DNA of 64,000 nucleotides from Euglena gracilis (Eukaryota): NCBI GenBank assembly GCA_039621445.1, contig CP154954.1, positions 27,927,735 to 27,991,734 of the forward strand, read 5' to 3'. Shown piece by piece: positions 57,501 to 64,000 of this stretch (position 1 is its first letter; each line of letters starts with the position of its first letter). The notes under the pieces were generated by a model. It saw only the letters and a program-made list of their open reading frames with translations, ran no database searches and was not told where the DNA came from. The position numbers and the translations under genes were made by a program.

Positions 57501-60500
57501 GTCTCCTACCTCTGTGCTCGCTGATTTGTCCGGAGACAGTTTCCTGCACGGGGGGGGGGGGTAGCCAAACCTGCTCATTTGTTGGGTGGGATAGAAAACG
57601 AAATAGGGACGCTGCTCCCCCCCCCCGCTTGCCATACAGGGCAGCTCCTCTACAAGCTGGAGGGGCACAGCCGCCCGGTCCGCAGCGTGGCGCTGTCCAG
57701 CGACTCCGGTACCATCGCCTCCGGGGACGACGGCGGGGAGGTCCGCATCTGGCAGCGCATCACCGGTCCCCGCCCGCCCCAATGGCCTGCCCTCCCGTCG
57801 TGGCGGTGGTCACGTGAAGGCGCCTGCGATCCCCCGACCCGCATTTCTGGCCGCACTCCGAAGGATTTCGGGGGGTTCAACGCAGACGACCCACCTTGCC
57901 AAAGATTCAATGGCCTGTTCTTCCATTTGGGAATGGTTGTAATGAATGGTCAAACCCAGGCCCGTTTTCTGACAGAACGTTGCCGATGTTTTTTGGGACA
58001 CAATGCACCAAGAGTTTGGTCCCCCCAAGACAACCCCCCCCCCTGGGCGGCTGGCTCTTGGTTGAGAGGGAAGTGAGGTCCTCAAAGAGCGTTTTTCTGC
58101 CGAACCTCCAGCCAATTATTGAGCAGAACCGGAACCCCTGTGCACGAACCTCGACGAGGGTCGACCTGCACTCCACCCCACCCCGCCCCCCACCGCAGGG
58201 AAGTTCCTCAGCAGCCTGCGGGAGCACAGCCAGCCGGTGCTGGGCGTGGCGCTGGCGTGCGACGGCAGCGCAGCGGTGTCGGTGGCGCAGGACACGGGCG
58301 TCTGCCTGTGGCGGCTCAACCAAGGTGGGCCCTCTCCTCCTCATCCCCTCAACCTCCCACGGCAGCCGCCGCTGCCACAGTTCTTCGAAAGAATTGGTTT
58401 TTTGTATTTTTTTTTTCAGAACGGCACGTTTCAAGTTTCCGCCAATTTGAGACAGCTGGTGATTGTCGATCTTCCCACTGATTTTCTGCAAAAAGAAGAA
58501 AGACATCAAAGTCAACCACCCAAAATAGAACCCTCTTGCTTGGGCAGGGGGGAAATTAATAGGCCTTAACAACTTTTTTTCCACAATTTTTCTGCAATTT
58601 TTCCGCAATTTTTTTCAGCATGAACCTGAAATGGAAGGCGAGCTGAGTTCCGGCCATCCCTTGAATGTTTCCCAAGGGAACCTGGGTGCTTTCTTGCCAC
58701 CTTTGCAAGTTTTCCAAAATTCGCCAAATTTGTACAGATGGGCAAAATTTCCCAACTTCTCGTTCTCTTTAAAGGTTTCCCCCATTTTCTGCTGGGAAAT
58801 ATTTTTTCCACTCTGCGAATAATGCCGCATCCTGGACCAGATTTTACCTTGAAACCAAATTTTTCGTCAATTTTTTTGTCATTTTCAGATTTTTCAGCAA
58901 ACAAATTTTATATTTCTAAAATCATCGTGTTCCCAAAATTACAAAAATCATGTGTAATTTTTTTTGTTGGAAGAAGTGTGGATAACAGCTCAAAATATTA
59001 ACCAATGTTGCAAAATGGCAATAATTGTGGATTTTTCCAAGTGTCCACCAGCGGAAGTGACTTTTCCAAGGCCGCAATTTCCGTAATTTTTCTGCAATAT
59101 TTCCACAATTTCTGTAATTTTTCTGCAATTTTCCGCAATATTGGGAACCCCACAACCCTGTGGGCGATGGGGGGGGGTCGACCACCCCCCCCACCCCCCC
59201 ATCCTGGTGGGGGGGGCTCCTTCCTGAACTTCCGGAGGCACTGATATTTAGGTCGAAATTTTGCTTTGGTGGTGCCTTGGCGGATGGGGGGGGTCGACCC
59301 ACCCCCCCCCCAACAGGCCTTCCCGTACAGCCCTCCCCCCTGCATGGGATTTTGGTCGAGGATTTTTTGATTATTTTGTATGTGTTTCACCAGGTTTCCT
59401 CGGTCAAACCTGGTAAAAAATGCCAGGTTTCAATCTTTGCAGAATTTCCGCAGGGGCCAAAGATCGACCGACCCAAAAGATGGAGCCACACCAAAGCCAG
59501 CCCGGAAAATTCAGCAAATCAAAATAATCACCCGGGGACCTGTGGGGCGGGTCTTTCTGTGGCTTTCATTCTCCCAGGGCCTCCAGTGCGGACCAAGCGC
59601 GGGCATGTCAGCATCGTCACCTGTGTCGCCCTGGCCAAGGAGGGGCCCAGCGGCGTGTGGGCGCCTGTGGCGCCGTGGTTGGAAGCATCGGCCGCCGCGT
59701 CGTACATGTGTGGAGCACACCCCTACAGCGAAATCACTGCTAATACACAGGCGTTAAACCCCACCCCCCACTTATAAACCCCCCACTTATAAACCAGATT
59801 TTGAATAGTGCTGAGCTCTTAATAAGCGCGCCCCCACCCCTTCATTGACCCCTCCATATAAACCGGCCCACTCCATGGAGCTCTTTGGACTGAAATGCAA
59901 GGGTTTTGTGCCCAAAACGGGGGGGGCGGGGGGTCGAAAAACGCTCATTTTCGGCTCAAAAAACACCTTTTCCGGGCCCGGGAGGCCCAAAAACATCGTT
60001 TCGGGCAAAAAAATTTTTTCGATTTTTTTCGACCTTTTTGACCCGAAAATGACCCAAGGTCAATGGGTTGGCGGCCCAAAATGGGGGCAGGCGGGTCGAA
60101 AAACGCTCGTTTTCGGCTCAAAGACAGGTTTTCCGGGTCCGGGAGGCCAAAAAACATTGTTTCGGGCAAAAAAAATTCGATTTTTCTCGACTTTTTTGAC
60201 CCCAAATTGACCCAAGGTCCATTGGTTTCGGGCCCAAAACGGGGGGCGGGGGTCGAAAAACGCTCGTTGTCGGCCCGAAAACACTTTTTCCAGGTCCGGG
60301 AGGCCAAAAAACATGGTTTTGAGCAAAAAAAAATTCGATTTTTTTTTCGATTTATTCGATTTTTTGGCCGAAAACGGCTGACAGTGGAAAAAGTTTACAA
60401 AATGTCCCAAATTGGCCGAAAAACGGCCGTGTATCTCGGGCTAGGCGGGGAGTTGTGGGGAAATCAAAATACCGGTAGATAGGGCATAATAGGGGCTTCA

Positions 60501-63500
60501 ATTAGGTATCCGGACATTTCCTTTGATTTTGCATCATTTTCGAGAAATTTTGAAAACGTTGATTATGACCCTCCACCCCCCGAAAACGGCTAAGTCGGAC
60601 AATGGGAAAGGTGTACAAAACGGCCATCTGGGCTGAAAAAAACGGCCGTATCTCGGTCTAGGCAGGGAGTTCCGGGAAAATCAAATGCCAGTAGATAGGG
60701 CTTCAATTTAGGTTTCCGGACATTTCTTTTGATTTGGCTTCATTTTGGAGATATTTTGAAAATTGACATTTTTTTTGGCCGAAATGGCAGAGTCCAAAGG
60801 GTGGGGGGCTTAAAAAGGGGGGGGGTCGATCCTACCCAGTTTGGACTCCTTCGCGCGTGAATAACTTGGGCCTGGCGGGGAGTTGGGGGTCAAACCCAGG
60901 TGATTCGGAAACCGAAATACACTCGCTCGCGACTGGAAAAAAAAATCTGGGAACCGGGCCGGGATCATGGTGATAATCCGTTGGTTCTCCCGGTGGCCCC
61001 GACCCGGGGGGGGGGGGGCGGGCGAGGGGGGGGTTCGCCAGGGGTGGGCTTCGCTCTTACCCTAAAGGGATGAGAGCTCAGCGACCCCTATCACCTATAA
61101 ACCCCCCCTCGGGCCGACCAACCAAACCAGATCATATAACCCCACCCCTGGGGAAGAATAATGGAAACTGCCGGGGACGATTTTTTCAGCCGCAAACCAC
61201 CCAAAAACTGATTTTTTGGCAATTTTTTGAGACCGACTATCGTCAAGAATTACATTTCTGACCAAATTTTCCAAAAACTGCCAACTTTGGGGGGTTTCAG
61301 GGTCATTTTGGGGGGATCGGATTCTCACCAACAATTTCGGATCCTATAACCTCCCCCCCCCCCCCCTCCTTCGGCCGACCAACCAAACCGGATCCTATAA
61401 ACCCCGGAGGTTTATAAGTGGGGGGGTTTATTTGTAAGGCGGAAATTTTCACAATTTTTTTTGTTTTTAAAGTCTTTTGTGGTTTTTAAGGTTTTCCAAG
61501 GCAGGTCCAAGGACCGTCCGAGCATCGAACAGGGTCCGAAATCAAAAAAAGTCAAAAAAACATTTTTTGAGTCTGGATGGATGGAAATGTTCCAGCGATG
61601 CCAGAAATAATTTTTTCCTGGAGTTGGCTTTTTTTACCGAGATTTTGCGAGTTCGATTTTGCTTGGTGAATTTTGAGAGAGTTTTTTTTTTATTTAAAGT
61701 TTGTAAGGCTTTTAAGGCGTCTTAAAAACAATGATGCCTGCTGATACACACACGATACACACACCCTGGGGGCATATCGGCTCCAATGCAACCGCCAAGG
61801 GGTTCGTACAACGATTTTGCAGGAGTCCCCAATGCGATCACCAAATAACACCCGCAGGAAAATTTGGCACCAAAACGCTGAGACAGAATAGCACATCCGT
61901 TTTTGGGCAATCATCTGCAACGCTTTACACCTAGAGCTATAACTCTAGACCTCCGTGGTTCTCGCTTCGTATGGTGCATGTGGCTGGATTCTGCCAAAGT
62001 TGTTTCTAGGTTCAATTTGAAGTTATTGGTGTTGCAGGGCATTCTCAGTCGGTTTACCAAATGAAACCAATGAAAACCCTGGGAGGTCCTAACAAAAACC
62101 TCCGAGAGTGATATTGGGGCAGAATTTCTCTGGCCAACGACTCCTCAACCTCACGTTTAACACAATTCTTTTGAGAAGTTGTGTTTTATTAATTTATTGT
62201 ACCCCTTAAACATCTGGATCCTAATCGCACACGTGCCGTATCTTTTCCCCGGAGGTTTTCTTTCGCACTGAACTCTCAACCTTCGGCATTCAAGCCCCCC
62301 CCCCCCCCAGCGCTGATGACCGCCTGCCCACGCGGCGCTGCCTCCCACGGTGGCAGCCTCAGCCTCCGACGACCGGAAGGTCTACCTGTGGGACGTCCCC
62401 CGAGGTCCACCCCCTCTCCCGTCCACCGCTCCTCCGCTGCACGTGTCTGAGGCCGCCACATGGAACTCAGATGCCAGCCTGACACCCCAGCAGCAGGGGG
62501 AGAGCCTCCACACATGGGACCCCCCCCATCCCATACCGCAGGGGAGGTGCTGCACGCGCTGGAGGGGCACGCCGCCACCATCAGCTCCGTGGCGCTGGCG
62601 CGGGACGCCTCCCTCGTGGTCAGCGGCTCCCACGACTACGAGGCCCGCGTGTGGGTGGTGGCCACCGGTGTGCCCCGGACCCTGGGGTTGGGTTTGATTC
62701 GATCTGGGTCCTTGCCGGCATGGGGCTTGTCCCAGATGAGCAGGTAAACCCCATGTCGGCAACCTGGAAACCGCCTCAGAAAGGAAGTCCTAAAGTAGGG
62801 ACCAAATCGAAAGCAATCCTCCTCCTCAGGTTTTCGATGCAAATTCAGGGGGGGCTATATGGTTTTTGGGATGCTCTTTGACACATATTTGGGATGCTCT
62901 CAAACATCTGTTTTATCCATCTTTTTATTCATTTAATAGGTTTCATATACCTCGAGACATATCTGGTGAAACCAAGTGTCAGCGACCTGGCTTGTTATCA
63001 CAGGGATTACTTTTGTCCTTTTTTTCCGACGTGAAATCATGATCAACCTTTTTGCAGCAAATACAGACGCTTTGCCAAAAGGTTTTGCCCACAGTGGAGT
63101 ATTTTCCCGCTTTTGTCAAAGTTTCATACTCAACAATGGATCAATGCAGTTCTGTAGGGGACCCAATCCCCCAGGGGGGGGGTCCAGCCAGCCAGCAGCC
63201 CAAATTCGGGCTGGGAGCCCCCCCCCGGGGGGGTCGAGTGAAATAAAGTTGGGTCCAGCCTGGCCGGAGGCCGGGCCAGCCTGCCGCAGGCTGGCCAGCC
63301 AAATGGGCAACCCAGCTCACCTATCCCTGCATTTTTTCAGTAATTAGGCTGTTCCTCCAGTCCCGATCCAGCCTTGATCTAGCTCCATCCATCAAAATGT
63401 CGAAAATGGCAAAAAAAATTCAGAATTTTTTGTTTTTCATCGACCCAGCCCAGCCCAGCCCCCTCCAGCCCCGAACCCCCCCCTCCCCCCCCCCTATACC

Positions 63501-63860
63501 CCTGGGGGGGTCCAGCCAGCAGCTTTTTTTTGCCAGCTGGAGGCTGGACCCCCCCCCCGGGGGTCCTTAAGAAAACCCCTGTTCTGTACTGAAATTACAA
63601 ATTTTCCCCGATTCCAATTGGCCCTCCCCCCTGCTGCATGTCGCACTCCATCCTTCATCCTCCTCCATTAACGTGTTGTTCACCTGCTGCCCCGGGGCGG
63701 CGGTTGTGTTGCCCACATCTCCGGCGGTGCATGGCAGGGGCGCTGCAGATGGTGCTGCGGCACAAGTTGTCCGTGTTGGCGGTCGCCATCTCCCACGATG
63801 GCCGCGTCGCCGCGACTGCCTCCGAGGACTTGACCGTGTCCATCTGGCGGACCGCCACAG
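44173..63860 (+). CDS. NLR-like STAND protein: uncharacterised N-terminal region, NACHT NTPase, pentapeptide repeats and at least 10 WD40 repeats (continues past window end)
   Basis: Walker A VLVLVSKP|GMGKT (exon ending 47181, next starting 47312); Walker B LVLVLDSVDE (~47910-47940); LVVTCR and FLQGFS (48880-48970); TSPWKL (~49640); FRHKSLQEYLV (to 50397); AAISMTLLSAAGVLFQ|GKDLSKINVPGAVLHYADLQGCNLSGANLRGVDLK|GAILERADLRGADLTGA (51044-51199, 52014-52117, 54936-54993); WD40 exons from 55389. Confidence 0.88.
45456..45514. repeat. (TTTA)n microsatellite
   Basis: Read directly from the sequence. Confidence 0.95.
47422..47832 (+). other. Non-conventional intron with TGG/CCA end pair
   Basis: aat-TGGGGCATGG pairs with CCATGCCCCA-ccccc; joins FTRH|ALANH in frame. 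Confidence 0.65.
48190..48619. mobile_element. hAT-type MITE inside an intron
   Basis: Termini CAGGGGTTT/AAACCCTTG; flanks GCGTCAGC/GTGTCAAC (6/8). A related copy at ~63157-63581 has flanks TTCTGTA/TTCTGTAC and has lost its left TIR. Confidence 0.7.
49978..50122. repeat. Degenerate copy of the GAGGCTCTAGAGCCTC palindrome family
   Basis: Contains GTTCAAGGAGGCTCTTGAGCCTCCTCGAAC. Its terminus GAGCATCCTCCTACGGAGCATCCTCGTAAC resembles 35123-35156. Confidence 0.75.
51330..51962. repeat. Degenerate short-period repeat (TGTGGAAC/ATTGTG-like) inside an intron
   Basis: Dozens of imperfect TTGTGGAAC/ACATTGTG motifs. Confidence 0.8.
53154..53762. mobile_element. hAT-type MITE with internal CCGCGG subrepeats
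   Basis: TIR CATACTTGCAGTTAGTGCG/CGCACTAACTACAAGTGTG; perfect TSD GGCTGAAG (53146-53153, 53763-53770). Confidence 0.9.
56022..56340 (+). other. Non-conventional intron splitting a 126-nt WD40 exon unit
   Basis: ggc-CAGCGCTGTCCCC pairs with GGGGACGGCCCTG-ccaggc (N6). Flanking exon halves sum to 126 nt. A shifted GC-AG reading would give the same mRNA. Confidence 0.75.
59757..61428. mobile_element. TA-flanked poly-C/G TIR MITE hosting Helentron-like copy 2
   Basis: TA|AACCCCACCCCCCACTTATAAACC ... GGTTTATAAGTG(n)TT|TA. Confidence 0.65.
59793..61083 (-). mobile_element. Helentron/DINE-1-like element, copy 2 (inverted)
   Basis: Reverse complement of copy 1, including both subterminal IRs, the 5' hairpin, the central repeats and the ACTATTCAAAA(C/T)CTGGT tail. 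Confidence 0.75.
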
Positions 63861-64000
63861 GCATGGGGGGCAACGCTGGCCAGCCAATATGGTTGGACAC
63901 ACTACACCTCTCTTTAAGGTTTTAAGCCCCCACCCCTTGGGGGCTGCGGCCATCAGCCCTATTTCGTACAATGCGGGCAGATTATCATGGTGCTTCATGT

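Larger units (their letters stand above)
59645..62345 (+). other. 2.7-kb non-conventional intron splitting a 126-nt WD40 exon unit; contains nested mobile elements
   Basis: gcc-CAGCGGCGTGTGGGC pairs with GCCCACGCGGCGCTG-cctcc. Exon halves are 67+59=126 nt and join KEG|TVAASASDD. Confidence 0.8.
55389..63860 (+). other. Array of one-repeat-per-exon WD40 modules, all phase 1-1
   Basis: Exons: 55389-55520 (132), 55728-55847 (120), 55960-56021+56341-56404 (62+64=126), 56575-56700 (126), 56817-56942 (126), 57640-57765 (126), 58199-58324 (126), 59578-59644+62346-62404 (67+59=126), 62542-62667 (126), 63738-63860 (123). Each unit is bounded by CAG and GT (GC for the last). Confidence 0.9.

Noticed and set aside
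52118-63737. Extra or inverted silent WD40 exons inside introns (an exon reservoir)
   Set aside because: I searched by eye on both strands and found none convincing.

Overview
This is intron-rich eukaryotic DNA, almost certainly from a euglenid (Euglena-like) nucleus. Short GC-rich exons are separated by two intron classes: canonical GT(GC)-AG introns and euglenid non-conventional introns, whose ends base-pair (N3-CAG...CTG-N5/6). Four + strand genes can be assembled by hand: the last exon of a prohibitin (PHB2-like), a signal-peptide-bearing UPF0489/C5orf22-like protein, KRI1, and a very long NLR-like gene (NACHT, pentapeptide repeats, at least 10 WD40 repeats) that runs off the right edge. 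Introns and spacers are packed with non-autonomous mobile DNA: hAT-type MITEs (CA..TG termini, 8-bp TSD), TA-flanked poly-C/G MITEs, two Helentron/DINE-like elements, foldback palindrome arrays, a 71-bp satellite and microsatellites. There are three main observations. (1) Several non-conventional introns are hAT-like MITEs with a residual 8-bp TSD, and the intron rule (3 nt before CAG plus 5 nt after CTG = 8 nt) removes exactly one TSD copy, which suggests a transposon-to-intron system. (2) The NLR-like gene encodes each WD40 repeat in one symmetric phase-1 exon unit of 120-132 nt, a layout suited to exon shuffling. (3) Two Helentron-like elements are inserted at T^T sites without a TSD. Exon boundaries were inferred by eye and need RNA-seq confirmation.
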